Source: an uncultured delta proteobacterium
GTDB taxonomy: Bacteria; Desulfobacterota; Binatia; Bin18
Assembly (NCBI GenBank): GCA_963733195.1
Contig: CAVTCR010000085.1
Coordinates: 1-22,590 of the forward strand
Reading direction: 5' to 3'
DNA length: 22,590 bases
A model generated the notes under the pieces. It saw only the letters and a list, made by a program, of their open reading frames with translations, was not told the DNA's origin and searched no databases. Position 1 is the stretch's first letter. Every line of letters starts with the position of its first letter. This document shows, piece by piece, positions 9,040-17,285 of the stretch. The position numbers and the translations under genes are program-made.

Positions 9040-9754
9040 GTCAGTTCCCAACCCCCAACCCCTAAACCCCAGCCCCTAGCTCCCGTTCTGGTCGGTCGTA
9101 ACGCCGAACTGTCGCAGCTACACACCTGGTTAGAGAAGTCTCTACAGGGCACGCGGCAGATAGTGTTTGTGACAGGCGAGCCAGGGATCGGCAAGACCAC
9201 GCTCGTGGACGCGTTCCTGCACTCACTCACCAACCAGGGACTGTGGATTGGCCACGGCCAGTGCATCGAACAACACGGAGCGGGGGAGGCCTTTCTGCCC
9301 GTGCTCGATGCGCTCGGACGGCTGGCAGGCAAAGCGGGAGGGGCCCAGCTGATTGCGCTCCTGCGCACCTATGCACCGATGTGGTTAGTGCAACTCCCCG
9401 CGTTCATTGACGAGGAAGAGCTAAAGACATTACAGCGCAAGGTGCAAGGAGCCTCACGTGAGCGCATGCTGCGCGAAATGGCGGACACGCTGGAACGATT
9501 GGCGGCTGAACAGCCGGTAATTCTCGTGCTGGAAGATTTGCACTGGAGCGATGTGTCGACGTTAGATCTGCTCGCCGTCAGAGCACCAAGTCTTTGGAAC
9601 TGGGGCGACGACAAGCTTGAGTCGGTTATAGCAGCAGCAAGGTAAGAAGAAACAAGCACACACGATGTTATCTCAGGTCTACAACTGGTTTACCGAAAGA
9701 TTTGAGACAAGGGATCTGATAGAGGCAAAAGCGTTCCTTGACGAGCTTTCCTGA
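9040..9754 (+). pseudogene. Remnant of an AAA-ATPase/TPR (STAND-like) regulator: no N-terminus, large internal deletion, nonsense codon
   Basis: LVGRNAEL..L...L......RQIVFVTGEPGIGKTTLV (Walker A) and LVLEDLHWSD.STLDLLA (Walker B). At ~9576 the sequence jumps to the family C-terminus KSLEL(R)ATTSLSRL*QQQGKKKQAHTMLSQVYNWFTERFETRDLIEAKAFLDELS*, with TAG at 9629-9631 where Trp is expected. Confidence 0.88.
9046..9080. repeat. Degenerate heptamer repeat (CCCYARC-like) x5 encoding a Pro-rich linker
   Basis: Units tcccaac ccccaac ccctaaa ccccagc ccctagc; reads SQPPTPKPQPLA in the AAA frame. Confidence 0.8.
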
Positions 9755-9789
9755 ACACGCCCAGTGCGTTTACGGACACTTTGGGGATC

Positions 9790-9950
9790 TAATGGGCTGG
9801 ACCACTCCCCCTCACACAACGGCCTCATAATAGGCCACAATGGCTACATCATTACAGGAGTGAGAGGGAGGAGCCACAATGAACTGTACAACGCTCGGGA
9901 TAGATCTGGCAAAGCAGGTATTCCAACTCCATGGGGGCGATGAGCGCGGG
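9790..9950 (+). mobile_element. IS110-family (IS1111-like) 5' stub: left end plus first ~24 codons
   Basis: ATG at 9879 after GGAGGAG gives MNCTTLGIDLAKQVFQLHGGDERG, the DEDD transposase N-terminal GIDLAK..F..HG.D..G motif; similarity then stops. The upstream TAATGGGCTGGACCACTCCCC resembles IS1111-type left ends as I recall them. Confidence 0.8.
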
Positions 9951-10119
9951 ATCGTCATCGCCATTCCGAAGTCGAACAGTTCAACTCGGGTTACCGAAAA
10001 TTGCCAAGCATCCGGCTGGCGTGAGTGTACCGGTAAGCTTCCCTGTTCGCAAATGCGCATGAGCATCAATGAGAGCCATAAGATTTCGTAGGATCCCTTC
10101 ATTTCCTCCCATAGCATAA

Positions 10120-11188
10120 CGCCTTTGCGCCGAACACCTTGCGATACTCCTTCACGGCCGCCGCCGGCATCTGGGTTTCGTCGGCGCGAGGCGGCGACGC
10201 GCCGTCCGAACAGATAGCCGCCCGGCAGGCGATTGATCAGCCACTTCAGCCCGAACTTCACTTTGCCCTTGCCTTTGGTGATCGCGCGGGCCTCCGTGAT
10301 GCCAGTGTGAAGGATCTTCTCGGTCGCGACTCTGCCCGTCTGCATCCACTGCTGGATCTGCGGGAGCAAGGGGCGGGCGACCTCGACCATGCGTTTCAAG
10401 GTGGCGGCGGCACCCTCTTTGACGCGCCCGCAGCGCGCGCTCACGTGCTGTGAGCACTCCCTTCGTCCTCGTGATCAGCGCTTCGCTCTGCTCGACGATC
10501 TCGGCAAGAATCTTCTTCTTCTCCTCTTTTGTTTTGGCAAACAGATGATGGTGTTTGACGCCCCGGTAGACCTCCTTGACTTGCGCGATCCCCGCTCTCG
10601 CCGCCTTCACGCCCCCCGCGCTGAGCTTCTTCAAGGCCCGCTCGATCCGCTGGGCTATGCCTTTCAAGATCCCGGGCTCGTGCGGGTAACCGATGGCCGG
10701 TTCCTGCACGGTCGTGTCTGACGAGAGCGTCTTGCCGTCCGTGAACTTCAACTGCTGCCGCGGTTTTGATGACCAGGGCGGTGACTGCGGCCTTGCCCGC
10801 CGCGCCCAACGCCGCTTCGGCTCGTGCAATCGACGAGTGATCGCGAATCTGGTTTCAGCTCCCCGTCCTTTAGATCGAGAAACCGCCGCGCCACCACGCT
10901 CTCGCCGATGTAGTCCTCCATTTGCCGCGAGGCATAAGCTCTTGACCCACATCAAAACCAATAAGGGCGCATACAAGTGCACCGGCCACGACCGCCCGGG
11001 CCCGCCATCGACATTTTTGCCGGCCGCCCGCCAGTGGAGAGACCATCACGTCGGTGATGGCGGCCCAATCCAGCGCCTGCTTCAGGCGCAGCAAGGGATG
11101 ATCGTCTCCGACAAAGATCGCGACCCATTCTCCTTTCACCGGCTGGCGCACCAGCGCCAGTCAGCATAGAATCGCTCCGTTCTCACAT
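10120..11188 (-). pseudogene. IS5-like DDE transposase, multiply frameshifted and truncated
   Basis: Pieces in alternating frames: DDHPLLRLKQALDW, GKNVDGGPGRSWPV.LYAPLLVLM, SSDTTVQEPAIGYP.E.GIL (first catalytic Asp), EARAI.KGK.KVKFGLKW. It ends at ...YRKVFGAKA, before the second Asp region. AGGAGG RBS precedes the ATG at 11188. Confidence 0.78.
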
Positions 11189-11300
11189 GACATCCTCCTG
11201 TCTTCATCACACAGGCAATGTCATCGAGAATCCGAGCGCTTTTCAATCCCTTCAAGGGTGAAAAGCGCTCAACTATAGCGGCTCAGTTCTGCGACACGCT
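10120..11300 (-). mobile_element. IS5-family-like element, 3'-truncated
   Basis: Transposase remnant plus a candidate left terminus AGCGTGTCGCAGAACT (minus strand, 11300-11285) overlapping a CTAG (11299-11302). No matching second IR found. Confidence 0.7.
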
Positions 11301-11431
11301 AGATAGGCAATCGACGCACTGAGCAATTTCCCTCCGAGTCGGCGGGCACTGCACGAAGCGGTTTTTGCGGCGAGCGAAGCATAAACAACGAACACGACAA
11401 CTCAAATAGGAGGACTATACTTAGGGATTGG

Positions 11432-12550
11432 CTACTTCTTTGCAAACAACGACACCCGATGAAACGCGATAGCGTCGTGATTGGGTTTGGCGGAAGGAAA
11501 ATCTGCACCAGTGCGAAAGGTGAGTGTGTTAGTTCCGGGAACAATCCACGCCGGATCGAGGTGTAGTTCGTATTCTCGCCAGCCACGATATAAGAGCATA
11601 CGCTTCACCAAGCGTTTATTCAGAGATATCTCAAGGGGGAAACAGGCAAAGCCTTTCTTTTGGAGAAACGGGCGAGCAGCAAAACGCATGGAGTAGCCGT
11701 GCTGATCTTGCAGCGATACTTCCACACTCGCCTCACCACGCCGCATCCAAGTGATTGGTCCGATTGCCTCTTGGCCATTCTCCCCCCATGCACCCTGGAG
11801 GAACATAGGTGCCCCTGATCCACCAAAAGAGAAGGACATTAGAGGTTCTTGAGCGGTCTCAAACGCTGATGGAAGATGGATACGTAGCAACGGCACAAAA
11901 TAAAAAAGCGGATAGGCAAGAAGCAGGCCGCTAACTGCCGCAACGATAGGGCGAGATCCACTCCATCCAATCGGACGAGAGAGCGTCGCACACAACCATG
12001 CTACGGCAAGAGGCACTGTGCCAATCACATCACTCAACCAGTGATGAGCTAGATAAAGCCGCTGGCCAATGACCGTGCAGGCAAGACTACTCAGAAGAAT
12101 TACTCCACTGACCTTCGCGCGACGGGAGACTGGCTGGCGAAGCAGCCAGAAGCTCATCGTTCCAGCGAGAAAAACTGCTCCCGCCGTGTGTCCACTAGGA
12201 AAACTGTTCCCAACCAGCAATGACGGAATGACGCTCGGTCGAGCGCGCTCGAAAACAGTTTTCAACAACTCCGCGAGAAATCCCCCAACCACCACAATTG
12301 TTGTCCCGTGTACGGCTTCAGCCCACCGCCGCTGATAGCACAAATACCCAAGCAGAAGCATCACCAATACGATGAGCGCAACAAGAGGCCATTCAGAGGA
12401 GAGCACACGGCTGAGGTCGCAGCCTCTCTGACGCTCAATCCAACCGTACACCATGATGTCAAGAGGTAGAAGCGCTAAAAGGATACTTAGCTCTCCCAGT
12501 ACGAGAACCAAAAGAAGGAGGGCAAGGTGCTGTGCGCGATTATTTGTCAA
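11432..12550 (-). CDS. PAP2-family membrane phosphatase with an extra C-terminal soluble domain
   Basis: PAP2 motifs KTVFERARP, FPSGH and QRLYLAHHWLSDV among several TM segments, followed by a ~140-aa beta-rich tail. The TTG start is uncertain. Confidence 0.85.
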   Translation of the reverse strand: MTNNRAQHLALLLLVLVLGELSILLALLPLDIMVYGWIERQRGCDLSRVLSSEWPLVALIVLVMLLLGYLCYQRRWAEAVHGTTIVVVGGFLAELLKTVFERARPSVIPSLLVGNSFPSGHTAGAVFLAGTMSFWLLRQPVSRRAKVSGVILLSSLACTVIGQRLYLAHHWLSDVIGTVPLAVAWLCATLSRPIGWSGSRPIVAAVSGLLLAYPLFYFVPLLRIHLPSAFETAQEPLMSFSFGGSGAPMFLQGAWGENGQEAIGPITWMRRGEASVEVSLQDQHGYSMRFAARPFLQKKGFACFPLEISLNKRLVKRMLLYRGWREYELHLDPAWIVPGTNTLTFRTGADFPSAKPNHDAIAFHRVSLFAKK

Positions 12551-12959
12551 AGGCTTGAATCGCTTCAGCGCGCGCCCATTCTATATTGTGGCGGTGGCGG
12601 TTGGCCATTTCTTTGAGGAACGCAGCAATATCTAACGGTGGATTGAGAGCTAACGCTTGCTCGACTTTACGCGCGACCCATGCCTGTCCGCGCGATAACA
12701 GGCTCATCTGGTCATCGAGGTTGTCGAGACTCAGGACACGCTCAACGAAATCTCCGATCGTGGTTGAGGGAACTCCTCCATGCAAACGGATCAGTCCTTC
12801 AAGGATAGAAGCATCGCTCATCTCAACTTCGGTAAAATTTGCGAACAATGCCATCAGTTGTGGGTCGGCGGTTTCCTGCGACATCGCCGTGAGCAACTTG
12901 TGGCCAGCTCGTTCGGCTTCGAGGAGTTGATTGAGGAGCGATTCCAGTTCGGGAGTCAT
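12540..12959 (-). CDS. Ferritin-like four-helix protein (DUF6306-type)
   Basis: LNQLLEAERAG...E......L...I...GG.PS...GDF...LLSRGQAWVARK...LKEM...H..NI pattern; AGGAG RBS upstream. Confidence 0.75.
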   Translation of the reverse strand: MTPELESLLNQLLEAERAGHKLLTAMSQETADPQLMALFANFTEVEMSDASILEGLIRLHGGVPSTTIGDFVERVLSLDNLDDQMSLLSRGQAWVARKVEQALALNPPLDIAAFLKEMANRHRHNIEWARAEAIQAFDK

Positions 12960-13107
12960 ACAAGGCTCCTATGTTCTAACACTCAGAGATAAATTCATAT
13001 GACAGTTTGTTTACAAGAGGATGACAACCCTTAACTTTTCAGCAGGGCTTATCTTGGCGCAGACCGAAGACGGCGTCAAACCGGGGGGAAGAATGAAAAG
13101 CGGTTCC

Positions 13108-13296
13108 CTATCTTTTTACATGGCGTAGAATTTCACGAGCGACTTCAAGAGTCGCCGCGACCTCAAGAGAGACTCGGTTATTCTGTTCCTCCATGCGAAG
13201 TTGGTCCTTTCGGAGGGAATACAAGATACCGGACATAATGACGAGAGCTACAACAATGACGAGCGTGTTCAGATACGTCAGGATCATAAGATCCAT
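13108..13296 (-). CDS. Small hypothetical single-pass membrane protein
   Basis: 62-aa ORF with an N-terminal hydrophobic helix followed by an amphipathic/coiled segment; AGGA upstream of the ATG. Confidence 0.55.
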   Translation of the reverse strand: MDLMILTYLNTLVIVVALVIMSGILYSLRKDQLRMEEQNNRVSLEVAATLEVAREILRHVKR

Positions 13297-13520
13297 AAGA
13301 ATTTCCTATAGCCGAAAACATACCGCACTTCAGAAAGGCACGAAAACCAAGTGAAAACGATCATTCTCCTCATCATCTCCAACATTTTCTGACCGCTGCC
13401 TGATATGGTCACCTGAATTACAAGGAAACCACACTCTAGAAGGTGATTCTCATTAGTTGGCGGTGTTCTTTGTCTTTAAGAAGTGGTAGGAAGCAACGTA
13501 TCATCACAAAGGAGGATAGT

Positions 13521-13937
13521 ATGACAAACGTACTCGAAGAAAAAGACGCCATCCACGAAACGATCGCGAATTACTGTTTTCATTTCGACGGAGCAGAGTT
13601 CGACAAATGGGTTGATCTCTTTGCTGAGGACGGGACGTTTGATGCCGGGTCACGTGGCGTTCACAAAGGCAAAGAGGCGTTACGAAAATTCCTCAAGAAC
13701 ATTCCACTGACCGGCGGCAGTCCGATGATGAAACACTGCGTGATGAACGAGATCATCAAAGTTGACGGGGAGAAGGCGACAGCCAAGAGCTATATCGTCG
13801 TGGTGCGATCAAAAGGCGAAGGGGCGTTGGTAAACGGCTTAGCCGGACGCTATGAGGATCAACTCGTCAAACAGGGCGACCAATGGCTGTTCAAGAGCCG
13901 CAAAGTGCACTTCGATTTGATGGGGGATATGCGCTGA
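13521..13937 (+). CDS. NTF2/SnoaL-like domain protein
   Basis: EKDAI.E.IA.YC..FD......W..LFAEDG.F...H...N..I.VDG..A.A.SY...GRYED.LVK....WLFKSR; AAGGAGG RBS before the ATG at 13521. Confidence 0.88.
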   Translation: MTNVLEEKDAIHETIANYCFHFDGAEFDKWVDLFAEDGTFDAGSRGVHKGKEALRKFLKNIPLTGGSPMMKHCVMNEIIKVDGEKATAKSYIVVVRSKGEGALVNGLAGRYEDQLVKQGDQWLFKSRKVHFDLMGDMR

Positions 13938-13942
13938 GGCTG

Positions 13943-14029
13943 GGGGAAAGGGATAAAGGGGAAAAAGGAGAAATGGTTACAGGAACGGTTTTTCCATTTT
14001 CTCCCTTTTCCCCTTCTCGCCTTTTGCCC
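13943..14029. repeat. Imperfect intergenic inverted repeat built from ~8-bp GGGAAAAG-like units
   Basis: Purine arm 13943-13976 (ggggaaagggataaaggggaaaaaggagaaatgg) pairs with pyrimidine arm 13994-14029 (ccattttctcccttttccccttctcgccttttgccc). Confidence 0.75.
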
Positions 14030-14078
14030 TACTGTAATGGAGAAGTAGTTCGTATGACTGGTTATGAGGAGGAGTCTC

Positions 14079-14318
14079 ATGCGCGCTGTCTTTATTATGC
14101 TAAAAACCGACCCAGGAACGTTAGCCGCGGTTGCTGATCGTGTGACTGAACTTGAGAGTTTCTCAGAAGCGTTCTCGATTTCGGGAGAATACGATTTATT
14201 GGTGAAATTGTACGTCGAGAATTTTGACGACCTTTCACATTTAGTCACAGACCAGATCCAGAAGATCCCCCATATACGCGAGACGTTTACTATTCTCACG
14301 TTCCACGCCTTCAAGTAG
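14079..14318 (+). CDS. Stand-alone Lrp/AsnC ligand-binding (RAM) domain protein
   Basis: 79 aa, no HTH; SISGEYDLLVK and I.KIP.I.ET.T pattern; GAGGAGGAG RBS. Confidence 0.88.
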   Translation: MRAVFIMLKTDPGTLAAVADRVTELESFSEAFSISGEYDLLVKLYVENFDDLSHLVTDQIQKIPHIRETFTILTFHAFK

Positions 14319-14328
14319 GAGCCCCGAG

Positions 14329-14664
14329 ATGCGCATCCGTGCTGACCTCAGCGAAGCAATTGCCCTGCAAACACACGAATTGCCGTGGGAGCCGTCGCCT
14401 GCACCAGGCATCGAACGTCGCTATCTGTCTCGTGATGAAGAAAAAGGATTGGCAACGACTATTGTCCGCTACGCTCCGGGTGCCTCATTTCCTGCTCATA
14501 CGCATTTGACTGGAGAAGAAATCCTCGTCCTCGAAGGCACCTTCGCCGATGAGAATGGTACCTACCCTGCTGGAACCTACCTCCGCAATCCGCCCGGTAG
14601 CTATCACCATCCCTATAGTCCCGACGGTTGCATCATTTTCGTCAAGCTGGGTCACCTAAAGTAA
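14329..14664 (+). CDS. ChrR-like cupin domain protein (single cupin)
   Basis: W.PSP.PG.ERR.L, T.IVRYAPG.SFP.H.H..GEEILVLEG.F.DE.G.YPAG.YLRNPPGS.H.P.S..GC..FVKL. Confidence 0.9.
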   Translation: MRIRADLSEAIALQTHELPWEPSPAPGIERRYLSRDEEKGLATTIVRYAPGASFPAHTHLTGEEILVLEGTFADENGTYPAGTYLRNPPGSYHHPYSPDGCIIFVKLGHLK

Positions 14665-14688
14665 TAGCTTGTCCGGTAGAAGCATGGG

Positions 14689-16005
14689 TTATCGTGCTCC
14701 GCGTTGCAAATACTGCTGTGAGTAGACTTCAGGCGTATTGTGCGCGACATCTTCGCTAAAGTACCACGCAGCTTGCCATTGCTCGAAGGATTTTGTCCCT
14801 GGTGGTGATTCAAAAGTTGTCGCCCGCGACTGTTGCACATCTCCCCATAGTCCATTCGGCATGTAAGCCCATTCATCAATTACTGTGTCTTTCCCGGCAA
14901 TAGGAGGAATAGGCGGATAGTGCACATATTGTTTGGGATAGTAGAAAAAACAGGGCAGGAAGTACCGCCATAATTCTCCACGCCTGTCGTACATCTCTTC
15001 CACCACCGGAGCAAAGAATTCTTGGTCGATGTACAAGATCCGTTTCGAGTACGGATAGTGACCAGCAACTACAACGCCAGGGACTCCTTCAACTACCCAC
15101 ACCCGTCGTTTCTCCCATTGCACACACGGAAACGCGGCGAGGAGTCCGTGCCGTCCGTCGCGGGGTGCGCACCACGCTGAACGGTCGCCATACTTTCCAC
15201 TATGAACAACAGCGAGAATCTCCTTCTCGGCCAGCACACGGAAATTCCAGTAGTTGAGTTTCGCGTTGAATCCCCAGAGCGAATCAGTATCAATATCCGT
15301 CCCCCAGGTCACATCCCCACGTCCCCCATTCGTCGTACGATGCACCCGGCGAGTGATGGGATTGTAGACATATGTATCATCAGGAGAGTCTGGCGCAGCA
15401 TAGCGACGGAAGAGGGTCGCCATTCCTGCTTTGTCGGGTGGACGAGACAACGGTCCCCACAGTTCAGAATAATGGAGTGAAGGATTATGCGGGATAACCG
15501 GCTTGGGGTCAGTGTATAAACGCCCGAGCCACATCATCCGCCGCCACAGCGATTCATAGACTCGCTCAACTCGACCGTCACTGCCAATTAACTCTATCAG
15601 CATCTCGGTCCCCATGTTGTCAATCGAAAAAGGATTTTGCTGGTAGTTCCATAAGATCTTCGCCCCAGCCATCGGATCTTGTAGGTCAATCTGCGGAAAC
15701 GGACAGCCCGCCACATAATCAAACATTTGCCCACCATCCGCAGCCAGTTTTACTTGCGCCGCGTATTTATCCGTCGCCTCGCGGTACGCACGTGGCCAGG
15801 AGATTTTCTTGCTGTCGATGATGGACATGCGCATACCACGCTCGACCATCCAGCGTGTTGCAGGAGTCAGTAACGCTTCGGCCTGCGCAGCGTTTTCCTG
15901 AGTAACGACGTCTCCAAGCTTAACATCAGCCTGGTTCTGAAAAGGAAAGCAGATCACCAGTAGGGTAGCAATGAAAAAGATGGACTGCCGACTCAGCCTT
16001 TTCAT
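14689..16005 (-). CDS. DUF1329-family exported protein
   Basis: N-terminal signal peptide; AY.EAT.KY, G.PFP.ID..DP.AG.KI.WN, D.YVY.P..RRV.R, WE.R.VWVVEG.P, YPYSKRILYID.E, YDR.GELWR. Confidence 0.85.
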   Translation of the reverse strand: MKRLSRQSIFFIATLLVICFPFQNQADVKLGDVVTQENAAQAEALLTPATRWMVERGMRMSIIDSKKISWPRAYREATDKYAAQVKLAADGGQMFDYVAGCPFPQIDLQDPMAGAKILWNYQQNPFSIDNMGTEMLIELIGSDGRVERVYESLWRRMMWLGRLYTDPKPVIPHNPSLHYSELWGPLSRPPDKAGMATLFRRYAAPDSPDDTYVYNPITRRVHRTTNGGRGDVTWGTDIDTDSLWGFNAKLNYWNFRVLAEKEILAVVHSGKYGDRSAWCAPRDGRHGLLAAFPCVQWEKRRVWVVEGVPGVVVAGHYPYSKRILYIDQEFFAPVVEEMYDRRGELWRYFLPCFFYYPKQYVHYPPIPPIAGKDTVIDEWAYMPNGLWGDVQQSRATTFESPPGTKSFEQWQAAWYFSEDVAHNTPEVYSQQYLQRGAR

Positions 16006-16237
16006 AATGCCTCCGTTTCCTCCTCTTTTCTACTGCTGAGGGTCCTTCGAAGCAAGTCAGCCCCTCGTCATGGAATAAACTCCAGATCCTCGGGCACCGG
16101 CAAGGTGATCGGCACCTCAAAAAATGGGGCATTTTCGTCCGGATCGATGACCACAGTTCCATCCGTCATGAAGAAGATGGTGGACGACAAGGAAAAATCA
16201 ATTTTTTTCGGCATAATACTGCGTGGAAAACGTCACT

Positions 16238-17260
16238 ATGCCGCTTCACCCAGTCATAGACATCGTTCCTTTACTTGGTGTCGCTCTCACCGCCCGTGCC
16301 GCGTTGTTAGAGCCGAAACACGAGACTGCGTTTCGCCTTTTTAACGGTTTCTATGAAGGCTGTTCTGACCTGGTTGCGGACCTCTACGCGCGAACAGTTG
16401 TTCTTCACGACTATACAGAGCCAGCAGAGGAGGCCTCGTCGCATCTGCAGACCATCAAGACTGTACAAGAGTATCTGTGCAATCAGTTACCATGTGTACA
16501 AGCTGTTTTGTGGAAGCGCCACCGTTCCATGAGCTTGTCTGAGCGGCAAGGAATCATCCTGTACGGCGAGCGATTAGACAGGCACATCCGAGAGCATGGG
16601 GTGCGTTACGCTATCGACCTACAAATGCACAGCGACGCGAGTTTTTATCTCGATACACGTAACCTGCGCGTCTGGATACTCCAAAATCTCGCGGGTAAAT
16701 CTGTACTCAATACCTTTGCCTACACTGGCAGCCTTGGGGTAGCAGCGACAGCCGCTGGAGCGAGTCGCGTTGTGCACCTCGACCACAACCGCTCATTCTT
16801 GAACGTCGCGAAGGATTCTTATTCGCTGAACGGGTTCCCGATTCACAAAGCCGATTTCCAGGTAAGCGACTTCTGGACGCAAATTAACGTCCTTAAACGA
16901 CAGAGTGAACGTTTCGATTGTGTGCTTCTCGATCCGCCCTTTTTCTCAACAACAAACAGAGGGACCGTCGATCTTATCACACAGAGTCACCGCGTAATTA
17001 ACAAAGTCCGACCACTGGTGAATGACGGTGGTTATTTGATCGCGATCAACAACGCATTGTTTGTTTCTGGAGCTTCGTACTTGCGATTGCTTGAAGAACT
17101 CTGCGCTGATGGATATCTGTCGGTCGAAGAGTTGATCTCAGTTCCATCGGATTGCACTGGATACCCCCACACGATCGTAAATCCTCCGCCAATCGATCCT
17201 GCACCATTCAATCACTCGACGAAGATTGTAGTATTGCGGGTGCGACGCAAGAAAACGTAA
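16238..17260 (+). CDS. Class I SAM-dependent methyltransferase, RlmI/RlmK-like
   Basis: FRLFNG..EG, FYLDTR..R, VLNTFAYTG (motif I), FDCVLLDPPFF. ATG at 16238 chosen; the ORF track starts at GTG 16223. Confidence 0.85.
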   Translation: MPLHPVIDIVPLLGVALTARAALLEPKHETAFRLFNGFYEGCSDLVADLYARTVVLHDYTEPAEEASSHLQTIKTVQEYLCNQLPCVQAVLWKRHRSMSLSERQGIILYGERLDRHIREHGVRYAIDLQMHSDASFYLDTRNLRVWILQNLAGKSVLNTFAYTGSLGVAATAAGASRVVHLDHNRSFLNVAKDSYSLNGFPIHKADFQVSDFWTQINVLKRQSERFDCVLLDPPFFSTTNRGTVDLITQSHRVINKVRPLVNDGGYLIAINNALFVSGASYLRLLEELCADGYLSVEELISVPSDCTGYPHTIVNPPPIDPAPFNHSTKIVVLRVRRKKT

Positions 17261-17285
17261 GGACGTACGGCGATACACCCTACCG

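Larger units (their letters stand above)
2567..9046 (-). pseudogene. Toxin complex TcB-TcC fusion / RHS-repeat protein, 5'-truncated, frameshifted, interrupted by IS1380
   Basis: Successive frames give TcdB midC motifs (EAYRALHGATLRTEVYGRD, YHYERNPADPRISH), DYRVLQP...DPNGNRSQVAFD.LG, YSDGFG|REIQ...RWVGTG.TVYNNKGK.VRQFEPFFS, YD repeats (YDFKGN, YDALNRP, DYDAKGQR, QDLHYTYDPVGNI, YDAIYRL), QLGNHLGSASLELD, and the RHS core SYEEYHPYG...YRYTGMERDEETGFSYHGARYYAPWLGRW...DGTNLY...NP....D..G. The SpvB/propeller N-terminus is absent. More than a dozen frame changes by eye. Confidence 0.9.

Noticed and set aside
7434-9368. 644-aa ORF as a real full-length protein with a novel N-terminus
   Set aside because: Its first ~108 residues are the antisense reading of the AAA-ATPase fragment; only 9046 and below is toxin sequence.
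9980-10078. Minus-strand MALIDAHAHL..., resembling an amidohydrolase DxHxH start
   Set aside because: It stops after ~32 codons with no further motifs; cannot be distinguished from chance.
9812-10444. 210-aa minus-strand ORF as a gene
   Set aside because: It is a chimera of an IS5 transposase frame, unassigned DNA and the antisense of the IS110 stub.
1-11300. A single coherent new system linking recombinase, HNH, toxin and ATPase
   Set aside because: The parts meet at truncation junctions in mixed orientations, which indicates independent insertions and deletions rather than an operon.
11299-11586. 95-aa minus-strand ORF
   Set aside because: It overlaps the PAP2 3' end in another frame and has no motifs.
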